From: Callorhinchus milii
Taxonomy: Eukaryota
Direction of reading: 5' to 3'
Length of the DNA: 64,000 nucleotides
NCBI RefSeq assembly: GCF_018977255.1
Contig: NW_024704743.1
Location: 69,876,001 to 69,940,000 of the forward strand
Shown one piece after another: positions 48,996-63,291 of the stretch. The notes under the pieces were generated by a model. That model did not search any database, was not told the origin of the DNA, and saw only the letters and a list, made by a program, of their open reading frames with translations. The translations under genes were made by a program, and so were the position numbers. Within the stretch, counting starts at the first letter, position 1. Each line of letters begins with the position of its first letter.

Positions 48996-49354
48996 AAATT
49001 TATTTGGGTTAGCTGGAAGTCCGACCATATGGAAACCCATCACCATGCTTAAGAGTGTCCAAACCAAATGGAGAGTTCCATGCATCCCACCTACACATGG
49101 AAATTCCTGGGATATTTTTTGAAATAGAATGTTCACTCTCTCCCGGGAGTGACTTATCCTGTTTACCTAAATCCAGAAGGCATTAGGTGCAGATTAGAAG
49201 ATTAGAAGAGCCAAGAATTGAGAGCCCCAATTCTTATGGAGCCTAATCAGTGTTTTGAGAGCACTGCCCGGCAAGCTTTCCCACTGCTTGTTCAGCCCGA
49301 ACATACGTCCTTTCCCTTTGCGCAATGATTCTACTGGTTGGAAGTGCGGAGATT
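48996..49354 (-). mobile_element. Unclassified A-tailed dispersed repeat, copy 4, nested in a minus-strand CR1 (about 48640-49410)
   Basis: Flanked by tctataa / tctgtaa; the CR1 resumes as gatctcttctgagatgtctcttttctagactgaag. Confidence 0.75.
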
Positions 49355-50796
49355 TCTGTAAGATCTCTTCTGAGATGTCTCTTTTCTAGACTGAAGAAAA
49401 CTAGCTTGTCTTGACACTTGACACTGTCTTTTCAATCACACGGTCAGTCATAGTACATCATATCAAAACTAATTGTGGGGTTTTATATTGTGCAAAAGTG
49501 CAGCACAGTACTTTACCTTTCCTAAATAAAGCAAAGTTTTCCAAACGCTTTTGCATAGAGGACATTTCATAGGACAGGGGTTCCACTAAATCCTTTACAA
49601 GTTGATTCCTTAATTTTCTCACGATTTTAAGATTAAGACAATTACCTTAAAATGTAAGATCATGCAGAATTTTGGAACATCCTAAAATTCAGTCTTAACT
49701 TGTTCTGCAGGTCATTTTAAATTGGATTGGAGTTTCCATGAGAAACTTATTCTGTTATTGGCACCGTTCGAATATTCACAATTCCCATTCCAAATACCAC
49801 ACTCTTGTCCTGGGAATTGTAAACATTATTCATGATTTGACTTTGATCAAGCAGTTCTGATATTAGATATCACAAGCTGCAACACTCCCCCTCAATTGTT
49901 TTATAGATAAAACAAAACTCAACACATTAAAATATGGTATTGTACCTCCCTCCACAATGTCTTTGAACTATGACTTTGAATTGATAGAATTGAATCACCT
50001 GCTTGTACATTCTGAATGCATTGCTGAGGAGATTCATTTATGTGAGGAGAATGTTAATCTCATTGAAAACATTGCCTTGACAGGATTCCTAAAACAGGAC
50101 AACAGCTAATTTATAATGTCCACAAGGCAAAATAAAAATTTAGTGCAAATTATAGTAGGTTGCTGAGTTTTTCTTTTTAAAAAAATTAAAATCAAAAGGC
50201 AGACTTTAACGTGCAGACTTTAAATACTTAAATTCATAAAGTCACCACTGAATCTGTTAGTATTTATTATTAACAATATTGCAAACATTTTTGCAGAATT
50301 CAACTAAAGAATTAACTTGTAATAGCTCAATTAAGAGTTCCATTCATCTCAGTAGAACCCATGTTTCTATATTTTATTTTGTGTTTAATGCCTATTTAGC
50401 ATTACTTATCCCAGCTAATGTACATTCAATGGAGTACATTTTGTGCTGTGTACACATGCACCATAGGCCCTGGCTGCAGTACAGTTTCCCACAGACGCTC
50501 ATTGTACATTTATTTTGTACATTCACTGGTTTGCTCATTCAGCACAGCTCACCTCTCCGACAAGATTCATGTTTTAATTGCAGTAAAACTGGAGCTGACT
50601 TGGATTCTTTACTTGAATCCAAAGGACTTGGTTCCCCTCCCTCCTCCCTTGATGTGGCTTATACTGATATACATTGTCATACCTTCTGAAACCCTCCAGT
50701 ATCTAGCAAAGTGACTACTCTTCATAAATTAGCCTGGTCAGCAAGTGTCAACATACTATTACACCTTGGGAGGCAATACAGCTGGGCATCCAAATA

Positions 50797-51068
50797 TTGG
50801 GAAGTTTCCTTACTCCACACGCCTCTGTAAATAGTAACCCGATTGTTAGTCAATTAGTGGATCGCTTTTCCAGGGATAATAATCCTGTAAAAAAAATGTG
50901 GTCGCTCAATCCGCGACTGTTTGTAGGACACTGCTGTGCCCAATTGGCTGCCACATTTCGCCCACAAAATACACAGTAAATTCACTTTACAGTATATTCT
51001 GTTAAGCGATTTGAGACGTCTTAAAGACATGATAAGGCGCTATATTAAATAGATTATTATTATTATTT
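50797..51068 (+). mobile_element. Short SINE, 5'-truncated, with a longer central segment
   Basis: aagtttccttactccacacgcctctgtaaatagtaacccg...gctgtgcccaattggctgcc...(att)n. Confidence 0.85.
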
Positions 51069-54000
51069 TGCACTATCCAACAGGAACTACTGGCACTTAA
51101 GAGTAAAAATCAGGACCCATTTTACAACCTGACCCCCTTTAGCATGATATATTGAGACCAATTGTCTCACTATGTCATCCTGAATCTGATTGTGAAATGA
51201 GTCTGGATAGAAGCAGGGATATTGCTGGTCAGTGTGGTTCAGTAACTCACTGTAGTTTGTATTTTTTATTATGTATTTTGTTCTTTTGGTCTTTAGTGTT
51301 TCCCTGCGTCAAGGAAGATGTGAATAGACTTCAGCTCAGAGCAAAATTGAGCATTTTAAGAAGCAACAATTATCATCTTCAGTATTTGTGCCCGTGCACA
51401 AGTGGTTTGGAGTTTATAGAATGACCAGCTGAAGCGTCTGTAACATGATTACTGTTATTAGGTAGCTAACTATCCTGATCAAATAATGTCTTAAATATTG
51501 TCTTTTGGCTTCTGTAGGAATCAAAAGTCCTTACAGTATTTTGTATCTAGGAATAGGTTATTGTCTTCCAGATGTTTTGTATTGATGGGCTGAGCGCAGA
51601 GGTGCCATTTTTTTCTGAAGCCTGACAATGACAGCAGAAGCTTGACATCCTTGTGATCTTAACCTGTGCAGAATTTGGGAAACTCTTGGAATTTTGGGAA
51701 ATTCCGTTTTTAAAAAAAATGGTAAGGCTAAGATGATGCAGGATTTCAGACCTCTGGCACAAGTTTTAGTTTTGTTAACCTTGTTTGTTTGAATAATTAA
51801 TTTTAATGATTTTGTTTTGGTATGTATGCACTTCCCTGTTTTTTTAATGTAAATCTCCTCCTGGCCACAAACATGATCAGTACATGCCATTCCTCATGTG
51901 GGAGCCTCTTATTGGATGAGTGTGAGAGTGGGCAAGACTTGCCTGCTTATTATTTTTCTGATTTTTTCACCCTATTTGTGGGAGGTGTCTAACACCTACT
52001 TCCCTTTGTCCCGTGCCTAAGATCAGGGAAGGAATGTTCCAGCTGTCCATCGTACAGCATGTTCCAAGTGGTTTAGAAAATCTCACTGTGCACCAGATCA
52101 TTTGTAAGGGGAAAGAACTGCAACCTCCCTTTCCCTGTTACAGATTTTTTGCTAGAGAAACAACAAAACACATTGTATCTCCTGCTATTGTCTTGTCTCA
52201 TCAGAAACAGTTTTGAAGAATCAAGATCTTGAATAGCCAGATCTAAAAGCATCTACATCGCACTTTAGCCTTAATAAAAGGAAGAGTTCTCTTCTAATCA
52301 GATTTACAAATGCGGTACAATAAAATCACTCCCAGCAACGTGTGACCAAGGTCAAATACTTTGCAGTGAGCCAACAGAGTTCTGTAGCAGTAAGGAAATC
52401 CTGTGTGTATAAAATGCTGACGGTTTTCTTTTCATCTTGTTTTAAAACATTAATCTATTATTAACATTTTATCTGGGTTGCTTTTTTTCATTTCCATTTC
52501 TACTTTCTCAACTCCTATTCTTTCCAATCATTGGAAACTTAGTCAACTTGTTCGTATCACCGTGTTTGATGGCAAACTTACACTGGTTGAAAGAAATTTA
52601 GGTCTTGACCCGAGCTACGTCCTTACTGTAATAATATGGGCTTTTCTTTAAACAATATTTAAATGGTTTCCTGCGCTGTGCTTGGAACAATAAAACATTG
52701 CCAGGAGTAGTCCTGCAAAAAATAAACAACCCACTACCATAAGCCTCAGCCCCAGATTTTTGAACCATAAACCTTTAACTTCTGCTGCACTTTTCTGACT
52801 TACCACCAGTAACACTTGTGAGCACAAATTCAGCCCAGCTTCTGAATGTACACCTGTCCATGGTTTGGCATGCAGTAGAAACACTATTTTGTGCACATCT
52901 TGGAATATATTATTGCCATTGCGTCCCTAAGTAACTTAATATGTTATATTGCAGCTCAGCACACATCACATTACAATATAATTTACATCACCTTCAAATC
53001 CCTCCATGATCTTGCCCCACCCTAACCCTGTGATCTCCTCAAACCGTGCTGACCTGCCCGCTCCCTTTGCTCAACAGACACAGACCAGCTTAATGTCCCT
53101 CACCCTATCTGCCCCACTATCAGCTTTCCGTATCAAGATCTACCCTTTGACCACATCTCCGGTCAGCTCCCCCCACCCCCCCCCCCCCACCCAGTGTAAG
53201 TGTCATTTTGAAGAGTGATCAGAAGTGATCACAGGGATTTTTTAAAAAAAACACAATTCCATAAAATCTGAAAAATGATACTTTTTTATTCATCATTAAA
53301 ATCATACCAAACATTTCAAAGTGCTTCACAGGTAATTACTGTCAAGTGTATTTTTAGGCAATGCATCAACTATTTGCACCTGCAAGATTCCATAAACATC
53401 CAAGAGGTGAATGAGCAAATAATCTGGACAACTTTTGGCATTGACACCAGAAGAAACTCCCATTTCTTTTAAAGATAGTGACTTGGATTCATTAATGTTC
53501 ACCTGAAATTGGGAGGCTAAGGGAGATAACGGCTTTTGTCGTGTCCCAACAATTGCAATTTGAAATTCTAACTTCCATGTTGTGAGTGAGAATTTCAAGA
53601 ATTTCACACCACTGATAGTGACTATTTCATAGTGGTCTGATTTTCATTAATGGATCATCTTTAAGATAAACATAATAGAATTTCAGACGTTAATATAAAA
53701 TGTTTTACTTTGATGGTTAAATAATAAAAAAATTGCATTTGATATCTCACATTTTATGTCGGGAAGATGTTTCAAAGTAGGTTTTACAGTAAAGTGTAGT
53801 GACTGTGTATTTTGTAGACAAAGGTTACTAAAATTAGACACTAACCAGTTATCTAACAAACAGTTAATTGTAGTGAAGTGAAATCATTGTCTTTGCCAAT
53901 TACAGACATTATCTTCAGAATGTGACTGTCTTTCTTTGAATTAGCACACTTTTCAATGAAACAGTACAAATCCAAATGGTTCCGCTGTGCTAATTATGCA

Positions 54001-55004
54001 CTTTCTTGCCAACTGCATAAGCAGCGATACATCCAAGGCAACAGATTTATTTTCCCTGTAGATAAGCCTTGATGTTGCTGAGCAACAAATAAAGTTGTTT
54101 TTCTCCAGGCACCCACCCGGGCAATTGATTTAATTTGAGACCTGTTTGTACAAAAACTTCCAAGTGTGCTTATGTATTCATGAGTAGGAAACAATATTTA
54201 CACCTGGAAGGGAGCATTTGATGGAATCTAAAATCTTCATTCTCTTTCTTGTTTTTAAAATATTGTGCACGTCTAATTAATACAACAAAGAAGCAGATGA
54301 ACAGCCTCCGCCCAGGCCCCGGTTCATGCTGCTCTATCTCTGAGGAGCTACATGAGATTCAGCTAGATTAGCCTGCTATTTTTCTCATTTATTTTCCCTT
54401 GCTTCTTGTGTGACAAATCCCAAACCTCCAGTGCCTTCCACTGACAACATGAAGACAATCAGGAACTCTCTGTACCGGATACTCCAGGGGGAAGTACTTG
54501 GCATTGTATAGTGCAATAAAATTAAAGAAAATGTACCTCTAGGGGTTGAAATTCTGTGCACTACATAAAAGGCGAGAATTTAGATGCCATGAAATTTGAG
54601 TAATGAATGAAGATAGGGTGGGTAAATTTATATGCACAATTATGGGCTATTTGTACATTTTTGAGCAGTTATACCTGTGCCAATCCAATGCAAATTACCT
54701 CAGGTGTTCACCTGTTCTGGCAAGAATTATCTACATAGGAAATTGTATTACTTTGAGAGCTACATAGGCAAAGTATCCATATGGTTCCTTGCAAAAGCAT
54801 GGTTCAGTTGCCATTTGATCTTGGTTATAAAGAGATTTGTGGAAGAGACCTGCAGGGCTATGGTTTAGTGATACAATTATTTATTTACAGGTGGAAACAT
54901 ATTTTCAAAGTCACACCCCTATCAATGCGCCTACGATCAGTGTGCTGTGCTGTGTGTTTCCTCTTCCTAGATCCCAATATGGATTGTACACTTATGTGCT
55001 CACC

Positions 55005-55327
55005 AGAACAACAACAACTTGCATTTATATAGCGCCCTTCACACGGGATAGCATCCTGGTGCACTTGTCTGACCAGGTGCATCCCATACCCATGCGAGAG
55101 GCAAAGAGGGCAGACTTCTGTGTCTACCCAGGGTGGAGGAGGATGGGGAGATGGCCAATGCCCTCACCTGCTCCCACCTACATTCAACAATAACAAAAAC
55201 AACAACTTGCATTTAATTAGCATCCTTCACATAGAATAACGGATCTGAGCGCTTTCACTCACACAACTCAACAACAACAACAACAAGATTCCATTTATAA
55301 AGCGCCTTTCACGTCAGGAGGACGTCA
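55005..55327 (-). mobile_element. Cluster of three very short L2 tail fragments
   Basis: (CAA)n-ttgcatt... tails at about 55007, 55190 and 55265. Confidence 0.75.
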
Positions 55328-55529
55328 CACTGCCGGTAAAATAAATCTACCGCCTCATTAGCTCAGAAACCTCTTCAAATAAATTGTGGTTGCCCAAAGA
55401 AGCTAAAAGAAAGTATATTTTGCCTACTTCACCAAATAAGTCAATAAATAATACCAGCCTCAACTTTAGTTAGCCTCCCTTATGCTTTCTGGTCTACTAT
55501 GCAATTTTATTTTTTTTAAATAAGCGACT

Positions 55530-55803
55530 TGCTTCACGAACCCCGCCTCGCCCGTCCCACCATTGGCAGGCGAGCCTTCTGCCACTCTGCCCCCACCCTC
55601 TGGAATTCCGTCCCGCAGTCCCTCCACCTTGCCCCCTCCCTTACCTCCTTCAATACCCATCTCAAGACCCTCTTCTTCGACCACATCTTCGATCACCCTC
55701 CTTCCCCCCCTGCCCTCCATCCTCCCAAGCTCGGGTCCAAAACACTGAAAGGTGATTTGAATAGCACCTTTCACTTCTGGAGGACGTAATTTTGTTGTTG
55801 TTG
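55530..55803 (+). mobile_element. L2 3' fragment
   Basis: PTIGRRAFCHSAPTLWNSVPQSLHLAPSLTSFNTHLKTLFFD. Confidence 0.88.
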
Positions 55804-56469
55804 TTTATGTATAAATAACCATTCAGATTATAGATAGTTGTAAACAAAGTGATGTAAAATATGTGAGCGATATTTTCGGTTCAATCATTTCCAATGCCAA
55901 ATCGATGTGTGTTTGAATTGAGAAATGTGACTTGCCATAGTCAATATGTGGCTTATCACATGGTAAAAAAGAGCCATCAGACACCTACATGAGTCAACGC
56001 AAATATTTGTTCATAAAACTACTAAGTTGGTTGATCTTATGCATAAAAATACTTAATATTAAAAGAACCCATAAAGATTCAAATAATTTAAAATAAAGAC
56101 CATTTATAGTATTCTTTGAAGATAAATAGTATTTTACTCCCACATAATCCTCATCAGCAAATTGCAACTTGATGATGGACACAGGGTCTATGTTACAATG
56201 ATTGTAATGTAACATTTGTGGCAAGGGAATATTTACTTTGTTGAAAGGAAAAGAACATCCTATGAATGACATTGAGTTCCAGCTGTTCCTCGTCTCTCCT
56301 AAAAGACTATCATTACTCACTTGTGTCACTGGAGCTGATGAGCTGCAAGGCTTTCAAGCTCCTGTACAAGTCTAGGACCTTACCGACACCGGTAAGACGA
56401 GATACGTTTTCTGCACCATTTCAAAGGCTTGGCTGTCATACAATATATTTAGTTATAAAGGAAGTATTT

Positions 56470-57150
56470 CAACAACAATAACTTGGATTTATATAGCGCC
56501 CTCCACCCCGGATGGAGTCTCAGAGCATATCACACTAACGGATCCCGGGGCCGAGCCAGGGGAGGAGGAGGAAGGTGACCAAAGGCGCAGTCGAAAAGAA
56601 AGCAGAGACCTGAAAATAGAAAGAGAGGGGGCGAGGCAACAAAGTGAGGAAGGGAATTCAAGAGCCTTGGGGCGTAGTGGCTGAAAGCACGGCTGCCGAG
56701 GGTGGAGCAGAGGACTCAGGGGGCAAGGAAAAGGCCAGATCCGGTGGAATGAAGGCAGTGGGCACTGTTGTGAGGAGAGAGGAGGTCAGAGAAGTAGGGG
56801 AATGCAGAAGAGTGGAGGGATTTGAAGACAAGGGTGAGGATCTTGAAGTCGATCCTCTCTGGGACAGGCAGCCAGTGCAGTCTGGCAAGGACTGGGGTGA
56901 TGCGGGCGGCAGAGTTTTGTGTGACCTGAATTTTATGGGTGGCAGTGGAGGAGAGACGGACGAGGAGGACATTTGAATAGCCCAGCCGAGAAGTGACAAA
57001 GGCATGGACCAGGGTTTCAGTGGCGTTTGGGGAGAGGTATTGGTGGAGAAGGGAAATGCATCGGAGGTGGAAGAAAGCGGTGCTGGTGAGGGACCGGATG
57101 TGGGGGAGGAAGGATAATTGGGGGTCGAACCTGACCCTTAGGTTCGGAGA
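56470..57150 (-). mobile_element. L2 3' fragment (variant B)
   Basis: Reverse complement of the 36400 copy, extending further 5'. Confidence 0.9.
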
Positions 57151-59443
57151 GTTTTAGGGGGAGGTCGGATAGATTTACAATTACAAATGATGCATTTCAA
57201 TTTAAATGATGTGTATCAATATGCAAAATTATCTTAAACCTTTTCAATTCATTTTGAATTAGAGGATGTTCTGGAATATTAGCCAATCTTGCTGAGAGTG
57301 ATATTTAACTTCAAATGCTACTGTGAAGCTTTTGCACCTCAATATCAAAGCAAGAAATCCTTCTCATGAATATTGTAATTGACTTGTTTTGAAATATATT
57401 CCTAATATGGCATGTAGAAGGTCATGTGGTAGTTTTTGCATCTCCTGAGTAAAAGACTTTTCTCCCTCATATTTGTTCCTCTTTTAATCACCATCTCATT
57501 GTGTATATAAACAACATATCAACCATCAAATGTAATTCACCTCTGTAATTCACCTTGAATATCAGTGATTTTATATGTAACTTCCAAAAATGCATTGTGA
57601 TATGATCATTCTTGTGATGTAACATTGTACAACTTTTTTTCTCACTGCCCCAATATATTGATCTCCCCAATTGCAGGTGGTTATCTTCAGAGCAACACTT
57701 TATATGGTTGCCTCTCATTATTCTTCATTGACACATGATGCATTTTCCTATTTGCCAAAATACAAAGCTGAAGATCTTCCAAATGTTGATTTGTGTTCTG
57801 TATGAGTGTGTAAGTGTGTTGTGTGAGCATATATGTGTGTGTATGTGTGGGGGGAGGGGGGTGGGTACTTATGGATTTATTTATAACACATAATATAACC
57901 TTTGCATTGTGAATTGCGTCAGGCTGCTTTTAAAGATCTGTTTACTTTTCATCAGTTTCTTGAACACCCTGAGCTTGGGGTATTGTCTCACGTAACCCTG
58001 AAAAGCCCTGAACAAAGAAATGTGCAAGACAAGAAAATGGATTACTAAATACAATTATTTACTATCTCATTATAATTCCCAATGCCCACCACCATCAACA
58101 ATCTCTTAAAACTGTCAACACTTCTTTTCAAATGACATCCTTGGTAAATGCTTTGCATGTTCACCACCCTTTGCAAAATGTAGTTAAGCTAAACGGCTCA
58201 TTTTCCCTTGTCTAAGCTTGGGATTTTGATCACTTGTTGGGGACTGCTTGACTATTATCAAGCATATTACAGGGGTCCACCTCATCATTTTTTATTAGTA
58301 TCAGGAAAATTCATTGTGATTAGCCCTTAATTTTCTCTGTTGTAAGCATTCCCAGTGTTTGCAGTTTCTCTTTACAGCTCAGGGGTGTAAGCTCACATAT
58401 TAGTTCAGTTGCTCATTTTGGGACATTAACGTTATTATTTCATCATCGCTGCATTATGACATGTGTCTCAGCAAGATTACTGATATTCTGGTACAATAAT
58501 AACCAAACCGATAGACTGGTTTATACCCTTGAGCTGCAAAATAAAATGAGGCTGCACAACTGCTGCCAAGGAACCACCTTGAAATAGATATTATCCCTGG
58601 TCTTCTGGTAGCCACTGCTGGAAGCAGCAAGCTGCAAGGGGGTTACTACTACCATTTTTTTCTAGCCACTCAGCATGAACACTGGGCTAAATGGTGGGAC
58701 ATCATGCTGGGTGCCCCCAATTATGGAATCATGGTTCTGCATTGGCGTGGTATTGTGATTTTCTCATTTTCCCGTATGCACTGTCTTTGCATCTCTACTT
58801 TTTGGAAGAAGTTTGCTAAATTAGTGTTAATTGAGCGGGAAATTTTTGTGTCTCAGACTCGATTCTGTGGGACCCTAACTTAGGCTGGATGACAGATACG
58901 AGAATGTTTCATCCCATAAATCTAATTTGGGAATAAATCTTGATTCCAGATGCAATGAATTATATACTGTACAACATTCAAATTGTTTTATTGCCAAATG
59001 GTCATGTCGCCTCTTTGAAACCACAGTTAATGAATGGAATAAAGATTTGGGCACCTGCTGTTTATCAAACACACGAAACCAGAGAGGATAGTAACACAAT
59101 ACTAAATGGAGCAGTTTGGTTCATTGATTAATCAGGTAATGTGTAAGAGTGGTTCGTGGTGTACTTTTTGTTGTTGAGTATTATATTATGAAGTAGAATC
59201 AGACAAATGTAAAGATACACAGAATGTTTCTGTGCTGAAGAAATATTGCAAATAAATAAAGTAGACCCAGGAAAGAGAATTCTTAACTAATTTAGAATTT
59301 TTTTTGAAACATTGTTTTGTTTTGAGAGAAATATACTTCAACATGGAAAATATTATTGCAGTTCATAAAGGGTATCAACAAGAACGATTTACAATTTAAT
59401 ATAATTATATAGAATCTTTCAAGTTTGGAGTGCAAGCGAAAGT

Positions 59444-59835
59444 AATAATAATTATTATAAAAATGATTCTTGCATTTGATACAGTGTCTTTCGTATCATT
59501 GAGACATCTCAAAGCGTGTTACAGGATGCATTGTAAAGTGGATAGACTGTGCATTTTGTGAGTGAAATGCTCAGTTGTGCACAGCAATGTCCCACAAATA
59601 GTCAGGGAGTGAGTGACCAATTTTATTTGGAGGATTGTTGGGCAGGACACTGGGAAAAACTCACTTCTCTTTTCAAAAAGTGCCTTGGGATCTTTAATGT
59701 CCACCTGAATAGGCAGATAGGACCTAGGTTTAACGTCTCAACTGAAGGACGGCATTTCTGACAATGCAACACCCCTCCAGCACTGCATTGGAGTGTGTTA
59801 ACTTAGACTAAGTGATTCCAAGTCCCCGATGTGGG
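59444..59835 (-). mobile_element. DeuSINE
   Basis: gggatctttaatgtccacctgaataggcaga...ggtttaacgtctcaactgaaggacggcatttctgacaatgcaac. Confidence 0.88.
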
Positions 59836-59849
59836 GCAGGCTGAACACA

Positions 59850-60432
59850 AAGAGTCGAAAATGCAGATCTTATGGTGGGTTTGGAAGACAGGAAGGAGGG
59901 GCTAGGGAGAGGGACTCCAGGATGGAGTTTCAGAATAGCTGTAAGTTTGCCCACTGATAGAGGATTGGGTGGGGAGACATGAAGAACAACAAGAAAATTA
60001 CTTTTGTAAAGCTCCTTTCATGTCAGGAGGATGTCCCAAGGTGCTGGACAGATAGAGTTTCGGACCCGAGTTGGGGGTCGGGGAGTGTGGAGGGTAGAAG
60101 GCGGAATCAGGGAGATCAAAAGACGGTCGAAGAGGAGGGTCTTGAGATGGGTCTTGAAGGTGGCAAGGGAGGGGGCAAGGCAGAGGGACTGCAGGATGGA
60201 GTTCCAGAGGGTGGGGGCAGAGTAGCAGAAGGCCCGCCCGTCAATAGTGGGGCGAGCAAGGTGGGGGGCGTGAAGCAGGCCGAGCCCGCTGAGTGGAGGA
60301 AGTGGGCAGAATGGTAGGGGGTTAGGAGGTCGCAGAGGTAGGGGGGAGCAAAACCATGGAGGGCTTTGATGGTGAGGATCAGGATCTCGAACTGTATCCT
60401 CTGTGTGATGGGAAGCCAGTAGAGTCGGGTGA
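59850..60432 (-). mobile_element. Two adjacent L2 3' fragments
   Basis: Main copy 59983-60432 (variant A tail, ggagttccagag, gaggatcaggatctcgaactg, agccagt), plus an older piece at 59850-59980. Confidence 0.82.
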
Positions 60433-62034
60433 AACTAAGTGGAGGGAGGGATGGGGAAGGACTGTTGTCAGAGGTATGGTGGGATGAGACTGGATCTCTT
60501 GCGAGTGGAAAAATTATTTTATTCTGGTTATTTCATTGATTTTTCCAGAAGATAATACTAGATAGTGTAGATGGGATTCATCAATAGTGCTTCCACCATT
60601 AATGATATGTAAAATTAAACTAATTGCAAAGGATGAAATGCAACAAGAACCCTGATTGCTTGAGCCATGTATTTCTGAACCGCCATCCCACCCTAAGTCT
60701 CCTGGCAATACATTCTTCAAAGGAAATATGTAATAGTCTCAGTGCATTCAGAGTGAGTTGTAATAATAAAGCTCACCGATTTTAATTAAAATATAAAAAA
60801 ACTATAATTTAAAAAAATACCCTCTGGGTAAGTATCTTATTTCATGCTGAAAATCTGAGCTGCAAAGTTTCTTAGCTGCTGTAATGTTACTCCCGGGTCT
60901 GAGTGCTAGGTTTCAGAGTACCACAGCAAAACAATTGCCAGTGTTTACAATCAGTGCATCTTGGATTCTGTTATTATGTTCATTCTCATATTCTAACTCT
61001 TTCTGTTAAAATCTACAGCAGAATATGTGTGACTTTAGACATTCTTAGTGTCCAACATTACAACTCATTGAATGATACTCTTGGTTTGGCTGCATGAATG
61101 GTTCATTATCTGAGCACGCATCTGACCAATTCTATCCTTACAAGGGGTACAAATAAAGTGCAGTTAGCACAAGGCTAAATAAGAAGTGTTGTCAAATTTG
61201 TGATTTGCTGAAATGTACCTGCAATTTTGTTTGAACTCAGTAATTGTTTCACTGCATGTATCTCACCCATTTTTCTCCAGTAAATCCAAATAAATCCAAT
61301 GCAATTTGCATCCCATTTACTCCACTCTCTCACGTAAAAAGTGCTGGGGTATGTGTGAGAATAGAGGATTGCAAGATGTAGCTGGGAAATACTGACATCC
61401 TCCTGCGGTAACATCTGAACTCCTACAAGGTTCTCACTTATGCTGGCTGAGCAGAGAACTTTTGAGTGTCTGACAGCAGTAGGAGGTGAATCGGTCGACC
61501 ATTGGGATCTGAAGTTGGTGTCTTCAATCTCAGCTGCTAGATTGGACTGGGCTTTAACTGTGAAGCCTGTCAAAAAACAACTGTGACCACTGTTGTATAA
61601 CTTATGCATTGTGATCAAAATACAGAGAGACATGGAATCTTTACATAGTGAGGTTAAGTGGTAGGATAACACTATGTTATTAAAGCATGAGGAAAGCAAC
61701 TGAGATATTTAAGCCTGTAATAGCTTTGATTGTTCAAATGATTAAGACTGTACATATCCCATATCTGCCCCTCACCATGTGAGCACAACATTAGGATAGT
61801 AAATAAACAAGCATCCAAGAAACTCATTTCAATCTATCCCTCAGTAACTCTCACTACAACATTGTGACCATTTGTGAATCTTCTCCTAGCAGATATTGAA
61901 ACATAACACAACAACTTGCATTTATATACCGCCCTTCACACAGGATAGCATCCCAGAGCGCAATAAATTGATACCTATTGATCCCATAGGCATCAATTTA
62001 TTGACTGGCTTATTACGTAGGAGTAACACCATCT

Positions 62035-62125
62035 TTTATTTCTTTTTTGGTCAGCTAGGTGTCTGAAACATGTGGAAATCTGTCACCATGCTTAAGAGTA
62101 TCTAAACCAAACTGAGAAGTCCACA
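62035..62125 (-). mobile_element. Unclassified A-tailed dispersed repeat, copy 5 (terminal ~90 nt)
   Basis: tttatttcttttttggtcagctaggtgtctgaaacatgtggaaatctgtcaccatgcttaagag. Confidence 0.75.
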
Positions 62126-63090
62126 CTTGTGTGTCACCTAAACATCAAGGTGGCTGAACGTCACAAGTTGTCTTGTAAAGTAGTCCTACCATGCTAAAGG
62201 CAGAAGTCTGTCAGATAGCTGATGAGGAAACTCTGAGGTTTAGGACCACAACTACTTGCAGGTGTTACCTTGAGTTTGTGAACACACATTCATAAAATCA
62301 GCAAAAATCTGCTTGTCCAATGTCAAATGAACAAATCAAGACTATCTTTCTTGAGGGGGTGTTGGGGGAGCTAAGCAGGGTTTCCTTGATGCTGAACTGG
62401 CTCCAAGGTGACATGCTTGACAACGTAATATTGGAATTGATCAATCAATTAAAATACAATAAATAATAGAGGACAGGATGGCTCGGTAGCACAATATTTT
62501 CACTTCTCCAACTTGTTGAAATCCAGCCTAGATTGACGCATCATCTCTCAGCTGGCTTTGACGTTTCCTATGTAAAATGAGTTTGGGCATTCGCAAGTCA
62601 GGTTCCAGTAAGTGTGGGTCCACAATGCAAAACTGCTGTGAATTACTGTAATTGGTAATCTCACTTTGAGAATCCACAGAAATGCTTTTTATAAAAAAAA
62701 GATTGAAATTTGGATTAAAGACCACTTTATTTTACAATGGAAAATGGAGAGGTTGCGGCTGGGTTGAAGGTTATTTGCTTTGCATTTGCCTCTGGCTTAC
62801 TTGGACTGGATAGCTGGATGCTGAGACTGGATGCCAGAAACAGACACATATTTCTCCATTGTTTTCATTTAAACATCATAAACCATTATCAAAGGTATAA
62901 ATGAGTCACAAATAGCACGTTTTTTTTTAAAAATCCATAAACAGCTGTTGGAAGTAACAAACATGTTCAATATCACCTCAGTGTATTGTTGGTGGATTGT
63001 ACAAGATAATGTTATCAGTAAGCACAGTGTCAAATAATTATTCACAGTTTTAAGTTGCTAATGTAACATTTTCTTATTTTCTCTTTCCAG

Positions 63091-63291
63091 AATGCAATAG
63101 TTTCATTCAAGGAATTGTGTGGCCTGTCCCCGGTTTCTAATCTACTACAATGCATTATGGCCCTGTCCACCCTGCTGAGCAATGATCATGTTCCTATCGT
63201 AGTATTGAATCTAAAAGCTGATTATCCAGCAATGGAGCCCCAAGGAGTGATCCCAGAAGTTCTGAGGAAGGTAGTGACTGCATATGATGTG
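63091..63291 (+). CDS. PLCL2: PLCL2 next coding exon (homologous to mammalian exon 3), 67 codons, phase 0-0
   Basis: Acceptor ttttcttattttctctttccag| ends at 63090 and donor GTG|gtaagt starts at 63292. It encodes [67 protein letters not shown], continuing ...ENMQ in frame and resembling PLCL2 [18 protein letters not shown]... Confidence 0.95.

Larger units (their letters stand above)
31544..63090 (+). other. PLCL2: PLCL2 intron (31,547 nt, GT-AG, phase 0)
   Basis: Bounded by the gtaagg donor and ttccag acceptor of the two exons; the spliced join is in frame. Confidence 0.92.

Noticed and set aside
4541..60432. Antisense orientation bias of L2 copies in the gene
   Set aside because: Roughly 10 minus versus 8 plus among the larger copies; not convincing.
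62212..62250. Minimal hammerhead CTGATGAGGAAAC
   Set aside because: No stem II and stem I cannot form.
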